A stretch of DNA of 63,982 bases, filler included, from Rhabdomonas costata (taxonomy: Eukaryota), in NCBI GenBank assembly GCA_019059605.1. It is 9 parts of 9 records of this genome, joined end to end, with 100 filler letters (N's around TTAATTAATTAA, not from the genome) between each part and the next. Parts side by side here need not be neighbours in the genome. Positions count along the whole stretch, not along the records: positions 7,070 to 14,171 come from JAHMHO010000002.1; positions 14,272 to 22,309 come from JAHMHO010000003.1; 7 more parts are not named here. One strand, written 5' to 3'. The notes beneath the pieces were generated by a model. The model did not search any database. It was not told the origin of the DNA and saw nothing but the letters and a program-made list of their open reading frames with translations. Positions 10,501-22,409 of this stretch are shown here, piece after piece. Positions within the stretch are counted from its first letter, which is position 1. Each line of letters opens with the position of its first letter. A program made the translations under genes and the position numbers.

Positions 10501-13500
10501 GGACGAGCCCGGCCCGTGCTTTGAGCCCCACGCGGCTGTGGTGTACTGCGATGCGGCGAGGCAGCTGGTGCGGCCGATCTTCCGGGTTCCTCCACGGTGG
10601 GTCGCTTCTGGACACCGCCTGTGTCTCCAGGTACCCCACACACTACCGCACCCGATCTCACGTACATGACTAGGTCACATACTTGAGTGGCTTGATTTGC
10701 CAACGCCCCAAATTCTCAAATTCTCAAATTGGGACATCAAAAATTTTGCGGACTCGCCCTGGCAGCCGCCTTTTGCCTTTCATTCCCTACTCTGACGCGC
10801 ATCACGGCGCTGCTATGTAGAAGGGGGAGGAGTGTGGCCGTGCGCAGATCTCGTTCCTGCGAGTTGCATTCTCTTTTGCTTTTTGCGAACAGGCTCTGCC
10901 GTTTGCGGAGTGGGCACACTGCCGCTTTGAGGGCTCCACCGCTGCAGATGGGGGTCGCCCTGCTCACGACATGCTTCTACTCTCCTGTGGTATAGAGCAT
11001 GTGGGCAAGCCCAGTTTTTTTTTTGCGTATGTATAATTGTGTGGTCCTCTCTTACACCGTCGGGTCGGCATCCTCCCAAACTCCAAACCAACCGCCGCTT
11101 TTGGGGTTGCTTTCCGAAACGACAGGAGTCCAGGTCACGACTTCGAACCCCTCACTGCTCTAGGGCATATGATAGGGATGTTCCCAGGCCTCAGTGTCTG
11201 AAGGGATGTGGTATTGCGAGGACAGTTCCGTAGGATTTGGGATGTTGCGGCGTGTGGTGGGCTTAGGGTTGTTGCTGCACGTGGACCACCGGGACGCTGC
11301 GGAGGGGGTAGACCCCCGGGTCTTCGCAGAGACCGCGCCCATGCTGCGGGCAGAGGCTGGGCTGCCCGAGCACGCTGTGGACACCCTCACCCGTGCCCCA
11401 GGGCAGGGCGCCGCAGTGGCCTGCAGGCTGGTATGCGCACTGCGAGCGAAGGTGACCCCAACCTTGCGAGCTCTCGCTTCCGTGTCTTTTTGTCAAGTTG
11501 TTTGAGATTCGTCTGAATAAGAACCTTGCACCTGATGTGCTCGTGTGGTTCCGGGGGACCCGAATTCACCTTTACTGGCAAGGCGGCAAGGGTCATGGTA
11601 ATCCCGCTACACTTCCAGTAGTGCCCGTGCCCCGCTTCACAGGTGCCTCAGCAGAGCCCAGGCGCTGCGCGAGAAAGCCTGGGCTCCCTGGTGGTGATGT
11701 CCACCTCCGGGGCGAAGCTGCTGACCTTGCCCAGGACTCTAAACGGTGCGTTTTCCTCACTACGTTACCACTCCGAAAGAGAGAGAAAGAGAGAGAGAGA
11801 GAGAGAACAATAGAGAGTCCCAGGGGCGCGGACACCATTAGCTGCAGTCCGTGCTGTCCACCAGACAGTCTCTACGAACCGAAGAGGGACCCTCGCTCCC
11901 CCTGCTCAATGGATCCGACTATAGCAGGACCCCGACCTCCCGTGCCACCATCAATCCTTCAACATCGCCATATCGGCACTTTGGACTAAACTCAATCCTA
12001 GCCTCTTTCCCGAATTGCTCACCGCTATGTGGCACACCCTCAGGAGAGGTGGAGCGCAGCAAATTGTTTGCGGGGCTTCTGAAGGGCAGCACTGAGCAGA
12101 TCCTCCCGGTTGAGCTGCAGACGTCCGCTCTTTCCGGAAGTCGATGCACGGCTTTCTACATTGGGGGCTACTTCTTGATTGCTCCTCGGGTATGCCTTTT
12201 TGTTGGTCATATGAGGGTAACGTGGGCCGAGATGGTTTTTCCTCTCGAGAACATTTGTGATTGGGGTACGAATCATTTTAAGGTCACCCGTGGGTGCGGT
12301 CTTTCTACCTCCGCTAGAGCGTTGCTTCCCAACACTGGGGTGCCCCTGGTAAATTGCCAGCTGCCAAGTGCTCCACACATGGCCTTCAGTCATCCATCCA
12401 TTCACTCACTCATTCATGCATTCGTACAATACAGCAAGCGGATATTTGAGCACAGCTTCAGTGTACTCGCAGGTCTTCGGTCAATTCGTGGACGTATTCT
12501 CGCACTTCCGCAACTTCTTTTTTAGGTGCAGTGGCTCTTGCCTCCCTTTCTCGCTCTTCACAACCTCAGGGCGGTGTGCCTGTTGTGGTGCCGTCTGCTG
12601 GCGGCGCTGTGCTGGCCAATGACACCGCAGGTCCAGTTATGCAGAGCGGCGTCTCCAGCGTGACTATGGTGGGAGGCCGCCGGTTTCTGGCGGCTGTGTC
12701 CTCGTCCTGCGCTGAGGTGTGCGTGCGACGGGGAGTAGAGGCTCGGCATCGGGATCCCCATCTTCACCCTTTCTTGTTTTCCCCGCCATTTCATGGCGGG
12801 GCTCAAATATTTTCTTATGCTGTTACTAGTGGAAACGTTCAGCACCGTCAAGGGTGAGCAAGTGGGTGAGTACTGCGCCAGCGTACCATAATGAGGATGT
12901 GCATTTATAAAAAGGCAAGTGAACTGACTGCTTGAAGATGTTGAGTCCCCGAATCCCGAGTTGTTGGACTTTGTTTTTTTTTGCGCCAATAGGTCTTCGA
13001 GATTGTCGTCAACGACTCGAAATCCCACGTAAGGTTCGCACGCTGTGAGTTTTCCCCATCCAACTCCATCTTTTCCTCCTTTGATGCAGGTGGGGAGGGA
13101 GTACCGAAACAAGAGTAACTTCCGATCGGGTATGGTGCCCCTGTGGAAAGGCGGAAATCTAGAAATCTACATTCTGATATTTTGACGTTAACGTTGATTT
13201 CCTGAAAACATTGATCGGTGAGTACCGACGTTTTTATCAGCTGTTCTCTTTATGCCGGGTTGGAGGGCGAATGACGCTTTTGTCGGGGGGAAATTGTGAA
13301 TTTCTTCTTGCTGACATACAGACCCGTTGGGAGAGGCTCGCCATTCTTTATCTCATTTTAGTAACGGATTAAATGGTAAATTGAAAGTCATTCATTTTTC
13401 TGGCAGCCTGTGGCGTTGGCCGTTTCAGGTTTACACCAAGGCTGCGCATTGGCGACGCCGCCTGCTGCCCTGTGCTGGGCCCCAACGTGGAGCAATACTC

Positions 13501-13861
13501 CTGCGCCTTCCACCCCGGTACGTGCCGTGGCGCGTTTTTTCTTGCCCAGTGAACCCAGCGGACGCGTTTTGAGTGGTTGCGTGGTTGCGGCGGGACAAGA
13601 ATAAGCAAGCAAAGCGTTTTATGTCTGTTTCCCATTTGTCATTCGCCGCAAAAGAGTCCATGCCAAAGAAAATTCAAGGGTCCACCCCACTGTTGAGCAA
13701 GCGATGTGCTTCCTCTCCTGCAAAACTGCCCTCCCTCAGTGCGAACGGACCTGCTGGTCATTCTGGTGAAGAGCCAGGAGGTGGTGGTCTTCAATGTGCT
13801 GTCCGGGCTGTGTCTGGCGGTGGGATTCTGTGGTTACGGTACTCCAGAGCAGGAGGACCAG
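7551..13861 (+). CDS. Multi-exon gene, possibly divergent APC/C subunit 1 (PC-repeat region); partial
   Basis: Series of GC-rich AG/GT-bounded exons near 7551, 8230, 8821, 10030, 10487, 10892, 11233, 11643, 12044, 12526, 13429 and 13720. Peptides ALPFAEWAHCRFEG and QNCPPSVRTDLLVILVKSQEVVVFNVLSGLCLAVGFCGYG resemble APC1 (ALP..A..CRE; SQAH..I.AGACL.LG...AG). The gene is well supported; the APC1 call is weak. Confidence 0.35.
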
Positions 13862-14810
13862 GTCCCGCGCCCCACCCACATTTTCAGCTGTGGATTGCAA
13901 TAGTTGGCGCCCACCTCCCTCACCAAAACAACAGATCAGTTTCTCTCAATACTTTGATGAGAAACGCAACCTTTTTTTACTTCATCTGCTCTGTATATAT
14001 GGCATCCAAAGAGAGGACCCCTTGTGTGACTTGTCACTTGTCTTGCCTTCATCAAGACGATCTGCAAATCATGCGACCCAAAAAAAATTCCTCTCTGTTT
14101 TGCCGCTGCTATTTTGGTGTGTTTTTGATCTGTTGCTGTTGCTGCTGCTACGGGGGTTTGTAGGCCAAAAANNNNNNNNNNNNNNNNNNNNNNNNNNNNN
14201 NNNNNNNNNNNNNNNTTAATTAATTAANNNNNNNNNNNNNNNNNNNNNNNNNNNNNNNNNNNNNNNNNNNNGGGTGTGTGTTTCTTCTGTTTGCATATGC
14301 CCAGAGGTTGCCTCGCAGAGTGAGTTGGACGAGTTCCGTCAATAGAGTGAGACCAAACTCGACCAAAGCTGCAATGAACCGAACCGGAGACCAGACTTGG
14401 ACGTCATGGTTTAAGTCAGAACTGTGTGCGGAAGTTGATGTTTGGTTGGGATGTTGAGTTGAGTTGACCTGAGTTGTTTTGGGTCTTGGACTGCCATCTA
14501 CCTGCAGTTATGCCCAATTTTTGGGTTCGGGGTCTTTCTGGCCATTTTTGACTTGACATGGAAGTCCTGTTTTTGGACTTGTAGGGGTTTTTTCTAGCTT
14601 GGTCGTTCTGGTCATTTTGCATAAATACTCTTCAACTTGATTTTGAAGTTGAGGAAGGTTTTTCCAGCTTGTCTGCACTAAGTTTTGTAGACAAGGGTTT
14701 TGTAAACAGGCGTTTTGTTCCTGCCTTTTTCTTTTCGTCGTTCGCTTTTTGAAACAGGCGCTTTTGGTTTTGTACCTCATTTTCCCCAAGTCTTTAATTT
14801 TTACCTGGAG

Positions 14811-16133
14811 ATGTCCTGGCAGGCCTACGTTGATGATCATCTGGTCGGCTCAGGCCACGTCACGAAAGGGGCGTTGCTTTCTGCCGCCGATGGGTCAACT
14901 TGGGCAATTACTCCAGGCTTTGCCATTCCTGAAGGTTTTCAAATGACTTTTGATAGCTGTCTGTTTCGTGGATAGTGCTGTTTAGTAAAGGGCCTTGTTT
15001 CTTTCCCAGGACCTGAAATCACCAAGAAGTTCGGAAACATCGAGAAACTGCAAGCTGAAGGCATCAAAACCAACGGGGAGAAGTTCTTCACCATCCAGGC
15101 TACCCCTTCTGAATTTTACGGAAAGAAGGTTTGGAACGCTGTATTTTCTTGGGACTGCCTGTGGAGCTTTCAGCTTTCCACAGTGACATAGTGTGTTGTG
15201 GGCGGCATCCGGCTGGTTGACCAACAAGGTCACGACAGGTGACGCTTGGGTTTCAGAGACCCACCTACATCGCGAGAGTAACGCCTCAATGTTACAAGGG
15301 CTGAACTAGGCCGTTGGACTGCGTCATAGGTGGTGCCTAAGCAGGGTTCTTCAAAACTTGAATTTTGCGACCCCCGTTTCAAAGTTCCGGCAAATTTCAT
15401 AAGCCTGACCTAAATTGCACCCGGGGGTTCATTTTTTGTTGGTATTGTAACACTTAACAGTTGCTGGTTCTTTCTGGGCCTCGGACTTCTTCTCAACCTC
15501 GAGATATGAAAGGTCGGTTTTAGCCTTCAGGCTTTTTTCGACTCGGAAAATATTTCAGGAATGGGGCTTTGAAGGCTTGCGCTGACCTTTGCCTTCTGGG
15601 TATGGCCAGCTTAGCAAACCCGGTGTTGAGTCCAAGAGGTAGACTGCTTGGTTGGGGTCCATACATAGTGGGATGGCAATACTCCTGAGTTGAGTGTTCT
15701 GGCAGCTTCCCAGCCGCTTGCTGCATCTCTACACCCAGTTATGACAAGTTATGACAACTTCCAGGATTCATTTTGGCCTTTCAAGGTCTTTTCGACTTTT
15801 TGGACCTTTGCAGGCCTTGCATACTCAACACAACTTAGGGTAGAGTCCGGGAGTACTTCGTGTTGGCATCGGAGTGGGCTGGTGACACTTCAGGGTGGTT
15901 TTTTGCGCACTTATGTTCGCCTTGCGGAAATACTGTTAATTGGCACAGCAGCAACGCCTCAAGTGTGTCAACATCTGGTTTGTGTGGTTGCTTTTCAGGG
16001 TGCCATGGGGGTTTGCATTGCAAAGTCCAAGCAGTGCCTGGTGGTGGGCATTTATGGAGAAGGAATGAACCCCGCCAACTGCAACATGACCGTGGAAGGC
16101 GTCCGAGACTATTTGGTGGGTACGAACTATTAG
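14811..16133 (+). CDS. PFN: Profilin, 3 exons (14811-14934, 15010-15128, 15999-16133)
   Basis: Exons join in phase through GT-AG introns: MSWQAYVDDHLVGSGHVTKGALLSAADGSTWA...EGIKTNGEKFFTIQ...YGKK|GAMGVCIAKSKQCLVVGIYGEGMNPANCNMTVEGVRDYLVGTNY*. Complete ~125-aa profilin. Confidence 0.96.
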
Positions 16134-16573
16134 GTACCAGTAGGAAGCACCGCGTCCCACACCAGTGCGCTTGTTCGTTGGCTGTAGACTAGATGATTCG
16201 ACTTCTGTGATCTGCCTGATACTCGCTCGTGCTTGTTCGTGAATATCTTCTTTGGTGCAAAGGACCATTGGGGGGCTTTTGGTGTGAGGATCTTTTGACC
16301 AGTTTTGTCCCATCTTTCCTGTTTACAATCACAACCTTGGCAAAAAATGACCCTATGCGCTTTGACTGCAATACTGCTGTGCTTGTATCCATCCAAGTGG
16401 CGGGCCAAGCCAGCGCTAAGAGAGACGCGATAAGCATGTGACGAAAAGAAAAGCACAGGGTTTGCCAGGCTGTAAGGGTCCGCCACTTCGGGCAAGATCA
16501 AAAGACTAGACCAGAAAAATTGACAGGAGAGTGGAAATCAAACCGCCAGCTGGCGGGACGAATGCGTCAGGAA

Positions 16574-17056
16574 TCAAATTTTTCCCCCGAATGGGGTTTT
16601 AGCAGGTGTACGAGCCAGGGACTTCAGGAGATGCACGGCCACCCCGCGTTCGCACGCCACTCTGACCCGCTGCGCCGCTTCAAGGGTCAGGGCCTTGCCC
16701 TCCAGGCCTCTGTGTGCGCGAGCAAGCCGGTGGTGGAGGGAAGTGAGGAACTTGTCTATATAATGACACCCCCCGCCCAGCACGGTGAAGCCAAGGGCGT
16801 TCAACTTGAGGGCGTCGGCGTCGCAGGCGGCGTCGTACAAGGTGCGCTTGTCTATTTCGGCTCTGGCAACCTTCTGGTGCGCCTGGTGGTTGTCAAACTC
16901 CGCCATCGGGTTCACCATGGACAAGTCGAAGGCGCCAGGCTTTGGCCACGACCATCCGGTGACGTACAGGTCTGCTGGCCGGAGCTTGCCCGCGACAGTC
17001 ACATCAAAGAAACGCAAAGACGGAGGTGGTGACACCTTCCGGCATATTGCAGCCAT
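16574..17056 (-). mobile_element. 3' fragment of a CRE/SLACS-like non-LTR retrotransposon (restriction-like endonuclease domain)
   Basis: LRPADLYVTGWSWPKPGAFDLSMVNP...AEIDKRTLYDAAC...LGFTVLGG...RVACERGVA matches the RPAD..W....A.D.....P / AE..K...Y...C / GG / L.RG.A pattern of CRE-clade REL domains. No RT domain adjacent. Confidence 0.75.
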
Positions 17057-20000
17057 TCTTCCGTCTAGCGCCCCCCCCCTTTGTAAAAGCCGAGTTGCTC
17101 GCCACGTCTTTGCCTCGGTGTTTGTGGATCGTATTTCCCCTTTGTGTGCCCTCTTCCGTTGCTGTGCTTGTCGTTCTGCCTGCTCCGCGCGGTTTCAGCG
17201 TTCCCGGGTCATCTCCGCTTGGGTTATTCCATCGGTAGTCTTAATTTTAGGGTGTTTCCGCGAATTGGCTTATAAAATGCGCGCCCGCCGCTAATTTCTC
17301 CCAATAGTTTTTTTTGGCCCATCCGGAATGCTCAAAAGCGCCTCCTTATCCGCATATGGACCTGAAAACATCTCATGCCTCGGCACATCAATTTGTGGTA
17401 GTTAATCCAGACACGTCCGACATCCTGCTATGGATCATGGCGCAACATATTAGAAAAGCGCAGCGGAAGCTGACGGAAGCATGGGCATCCAGAGCTGATC
17501 ACCGTTTTTGGATATCATGTCATGAATTTCCGTGCTGGATCCGTTCTGCCCAGAAATCAAGCCAAAGCTTCCATCCGAAACGGGTGCCCCGCATAAAGCG
17601 GTGGAGCGAGAATGTGAAGCTTATATCACCTATCATCCCACACAGCCAAAACCGGCGGCTGCTCCGGAATCGGCGTGGGCGCAGTTTGCTTTGCTACTTG
17701 CGGCTCATATGCCGCAACAAATGCAGTTTGATACGGTGACGCGCCAGCTCCAGGTGTGAGCGCCAACTTTATCCAGCCGAGCAACCTTCGGCAGGGGCTT
17801 CTATGCTAAGCATTTTTTTTGAGAGCGCGAGCCCTGGCGCGGAGACCGGAACAGGAAGTGATTAGGCCGCCCCACCATCCACTCTTGTTTGCAATACAAT
17901 CCTATCTCCACTTTCGGAGGAAGGGGAGTATTTTCAAAACGCTTCATGGTAACTAATCATTATCTGGATGGAACAGGACCTGGGAAGCGTTTGGATGCGA
18001 GGTGGTGAATTATTGTCCATTTTTCCATAGTGATGGCCCCTTTTTCAATCGAGTTTTGTAATTTCATTTTCAGCTAGGTTTGATGCAAATAAATGGCTGG
18101 AGACTCGGCATAAGCAGCCCACATGCCCTTCACATCAACTCCTCTGTGGATGTGTGTGGATGTGATCTTTTTCTATGGAGCTTCGGAAGCAGCAGCAGCA
18201 GATTTGATAGACAACAAGAATCCCCCAGGTTACAGCGTCCATCGCACACACTGGCACAACCTGATGGATGCAGGTGACCAGGCGGAGTCAGTAGTGTAAC
18301 TCGTTAATGCCCTTATCCACCAAAGGCCTCCAAAACACGCGGCAGAGAATTTAAGCTGTTAGTGGAGTTTTCTGGCAGTTTAAAGAGGTGAAACAATTCC
18401 TTACAAATCATGTTCGGACAAAGTCACAAACCAGCTTGGTAACCGGCTTCCGGCATAAACTTTACGCCTTGAAACATAGAAACTAATACCGAGTGATTTG
18501 GTAGGTCAAATCTTCTTCATTTTTGTGTAAATCCACAGAATATGTGCCAATGAGATGAAACCGCTCTTCAATCCCGGCGGAAAAGCATACATATTTAAGA
18601 TAAAGGGCCGCTACAAAAAGATCGGGAACAATGTGCCAACAAGTGTGTAATACAAAGCACCAGAATGCGATGGAACAGGCGTGTAAATTTCAGCAAAAAA
18701 AGCCACTAGTGTTACCTAAACGTGCTGTTGACTGGAATTACGATTCCCTTAATGTATTAAGCTCTATTGATGCCCGGTTTTGTTGTCTTTGATTAAGCGC
18801 ATTTTTAAAGCGCTCCCTGTGCTAGAAGCTCACTGGTAATGCCGCTCTAAAATTGGCTTTTCTTTTATACCTTTTCGTGTTCTAAATAGGCGTAAACGGG
18901 ATGATTTTGATTTTTCAGAAACAGGATTAGCTTTCTTTGGGGTAACTACCGTCCACAATCCGCCTTGCCTGATTCCCTTTGGCTTTTGGTTGGAAAATCC
19001 TTTTTTCAGGCAACGTACTTCCTTCTCCAAAGCGCGCTGAACCTCTTACTGCGCATTTCTCATAAAGCCATGTCCACCGAGGCCGAAAAAATAATGATGG
19101 TAATGTGCCAGGACCCCCGGACTTTGACCAAACGCAGTTTAAACTGGGCTTCTTTGCTTCGCGCTCTGGCCGCAGAAAGGGCCGGCGCGGACTCCGATAT
19201 AAAGTCGCGCTCAATTTCGGCACGCACAGCGAATCGGTTGCGGGCGGTAACAGCGCAACAGGCCATCTAGGGAAATGGGGCCAAAGGATGATACCAGGTC
19301 CCCTCATAACTCCCGGTAAAGGGCGCGGTGTGAGGAAAGTCGAATTTGGTCAGAAGGTCACGGTTTTATACCGCCCACAAAAACCCTATGCCCCACCGGC
19401 GTTGGTATCCCGCGCATACCGGGGCCAAGGGGCCGTGAGGGGTTCCATGTAATAGTAGTAGTGGCCGCCCTTTCGGGCCTGGCGTGTGCCTCTTCCAACC
19501 CACGCAATTGGGAATCTCTTCGCCACTTGCGTGTGTGTGTGTGGGTGCCCTGGTTTATGGGGGGCGCCTACAGGCCCCGGGCGTTGAAACGATATAGACA
19601 CTGTGGGATGACGAAACTCCTCACAAGAGGGGTGTTCACCAGCATAAAGGCGGGAGACTTTAAAAGGCACGTTTCCTTTGCTTCTGCTTCCTCTTTTGCT
19701 TTGCTCCTGGATCTCTGCCTCCGCTCTCTCTCTCTCTCTCTCTCGAATATTCGGGTCTTTTTCAGTACGTTTTTACGCGAAAAATGACAGGCGCACGCGA
19801 CAAGGCGCGGAACGGCGAGAAAAAACGAGATAACATGACAATGCCAGACCCTCGTTACCCACACCAAAGAGAGGGGACGCGGAAAGCACACTACGTTTCG
19901 TGCACATTCCCACGTTGCATTCCACCGAACACATTGCCGAAAAGATATGAAAAGGGTTGTGGGTATTGTATTCTCTGCCCGGCGTCTTGCGGCAAATGGC

Positions 20001-20984
20001 CTGCAAAATGAATGAGGTTTCTGCTATTTTAATCGTATCCGAAAAACCTGAAAGGACCTAAGCGGTAGGGTTAGCAGCAGAGCCAATCAAAATGGAATGT
20101 AATTTGTGCCCAGCCCGTGTGGGATAAGTGCGAACCCTATGGAAGGTAATTCTCACTTAGAAAGTTTACGTGTTTTAAGCAGGGAAATGGCAAATTCACG
20201 AGGAACACGATCGTCCAGCTATTTCCACTCGGATCTCATATGCCATACAAAAATACACAATCCACAAGGACGGTACACATGACAAACCAGTGTCGAGGCG
20301 AACGCGGCGGGTTTGATGCCGGTTAGAGGTAAAATCCCATCGACTATTTTGCAGTGTGCCTCAATAACACGTATTTAGAGCAAGCGCCGATTCCTCACAA
20401 AGCTTAGGATCCGATTTGTCTTCAGCTCAATGTTACCCGCAGAGCCACAAAAATGCAAGAGCACAACGGCCCCACCCGTGCGAGGGACTCGGATAGCCTG
20501 CAGCTCTCGTTTCTTCTGTGGATGCGGGAGCTGTATCACCCGCACCAGACCTGACAATTCACAAAGAAAAAAACGTGAACCTGGGCTTTGCTGGGGAGAG
20601 AGAAACAGTCAGCAGGAAAGAGCGGGGCGTGATATGTCCGTGCTCTGATGGCAACAGAATATTTCCAAACTCAAGACATGAAGTTAGCGCGTAGCAACCT
20701 GAAAGGGCACTGGAGTTGTAGGCCCTGCCTGTGGTAAAATAATAATTCACAAATGGCTGCTCCAGAGCGCGAGGAATAAGTTTCCTGTGAAAGAAAAAAA
20801 AACCAGAGAGAGAAAGCAGGACTTTTGGACAAAAGTTGAGACTTTCTCAACTTTGGAGCTCGTCTTGCTGGAGAATGGTAAAAGAAAAGAAGAAGTGAAA
20901 CGTACGAGCAGAAGAAGGAGAGAATGGCCACGGTACCGCTGTCTGATCCACAACTGAACGTGGGTGTAAGCCTTTTCAAAGAGG

Positions 20985-21925
20985 GTGCGAAACCACGGCG
21001 AGTTGGCGAACAGCATTATTCCCGTGGAGAAGGACGTGGTGTACCCTGCAAAGAACACCCAAAGACAGAGGCGGTCTCCGGAACATAGCCGGAGTTTTCC
21101 TTCTTACCTGTATCGCTCCATGCTTTATGCTCTTGACACTTCAAACGCTCACCAACTAATCCATAGCGCCACCTTTGTCAAAGGGAGGGGGTTGCTCCGT
21201 GTAAAAACTGCTCAACTGGTGACTTATTCCCCACACTTTTCATTTCACAGGGTCTGACAATGTTAAACTTGCATTCTATGGTCATGTAAACTTCCCCTAA
21301 CACGTAACTTTCAACTTGGTTTCCCTTTTCTTTTTTGGTATGAAAACCATTTCTAACATGATCACCAACCTTTGAAAAGGAAGGCGCCACAGCAATAGTC
21401 AACGGATTAAAAATGGATTCTAGGCTTCTGCGCTGGTTTAGGGAACAATTCACCGGGCTCCATGAAACATAGCCATCTTTACCTCTACTGCGATTTGACG
21501 TTTTCAGTTTTCCCTGAGGTAAAAACGCTTGCCAACTCGGCATTGCACTTCATGTGCGCATTTGCACAGACCAGCCTGGGCGGCGGCTTGCATCTCCTCA
21601 GGGCTGTACAGAAAGCCACCATGATAGCGGGCCCGCAGATTTCCCTCACCAACAGCGTAGAGCCACCGCGAGTCGAGCAACGGAAGTGCAACCATAGAGT
21701 CCAGCGGGCCATTGACAAAAGTGTCGCAGTCCTGCAAAAAGACATACTAAATCATGCACCTCCGTCAGCAAGTTGCTTATTGGAGAACATGAGCTGCCCA
21801 TACAAAGCATCCCATCAGTCTCTGCGCTACGACGAAGGCATGCCCTGTGGAACCTCACGCACAATTGAGGTTGCCAACATGCCTTCACATGCCTTACAGC
21901 TAGCCTGTGCATGATTGTTGGGTGC
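20985..21925 (+). mobile_element. Degenerate CRE-like reverse-transcriptase remnant
   Basis: Motifs in the expected order across stops and frameshifts: ANSIIPVEK (cf. LIPL.K), YALDTSNAHQLI (cf. LD.SNAFN.V), AQTSLGGGL (cf. LP...GGLGL), VQRAID, and ALQLACA*LLG (cf. F..A...RLG). Confidence 0.45.
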
Positions 21926-22409
21926 GTTGAAGTGCACCTGTTAGTCAACCCGAGCGCTGAGTGTATGTGGGTTGGTGGGGAAGGATCGAGCGAGGGCGGA
22001 CGTGTGACGTGAGAGAACAAGAGCATAAGAGGGGCTACCAGGTAGAGCAGCACCCCAAACTGGGCCACCCCAGCAAACTGAAACACCCGCAATCGGGCCG
22101 CAGCGGCAGCCAGCACATTCCCACGAGTGGGCGCCACCAGATGGGTGTGGAGCTGAAAGCCCCAGGACTCCTGTACAGGATTGAAGTTTGTCCACCCAGA
22201 CACACCCAAACAAATCAGAAGCTGGCACCCTTGCCCTTGCCCTTGCCCTTGCGTGTATCATCTAACTTGAATTCTTATAGCTGCCAGGCCAGCGAAAGTC
22301 CAAAAACAANNNNNNNNNNNNNNNNNNNNNNNNNNNNNNNNNNNNNNNNNNNNTTAATTAATTAANNNNNNNNNNNNNNNNNNNNNNNNNNNNNNNNNNN
22401 NNNNNNNNN

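Noticed and set aside
15342-15360. hAT-like terminal repeat (CAGGGTTCTTCAAAACT) in profilin intron 2
   Set aside because: No matching inverted copy or 8-bp TSD could be found by eye.
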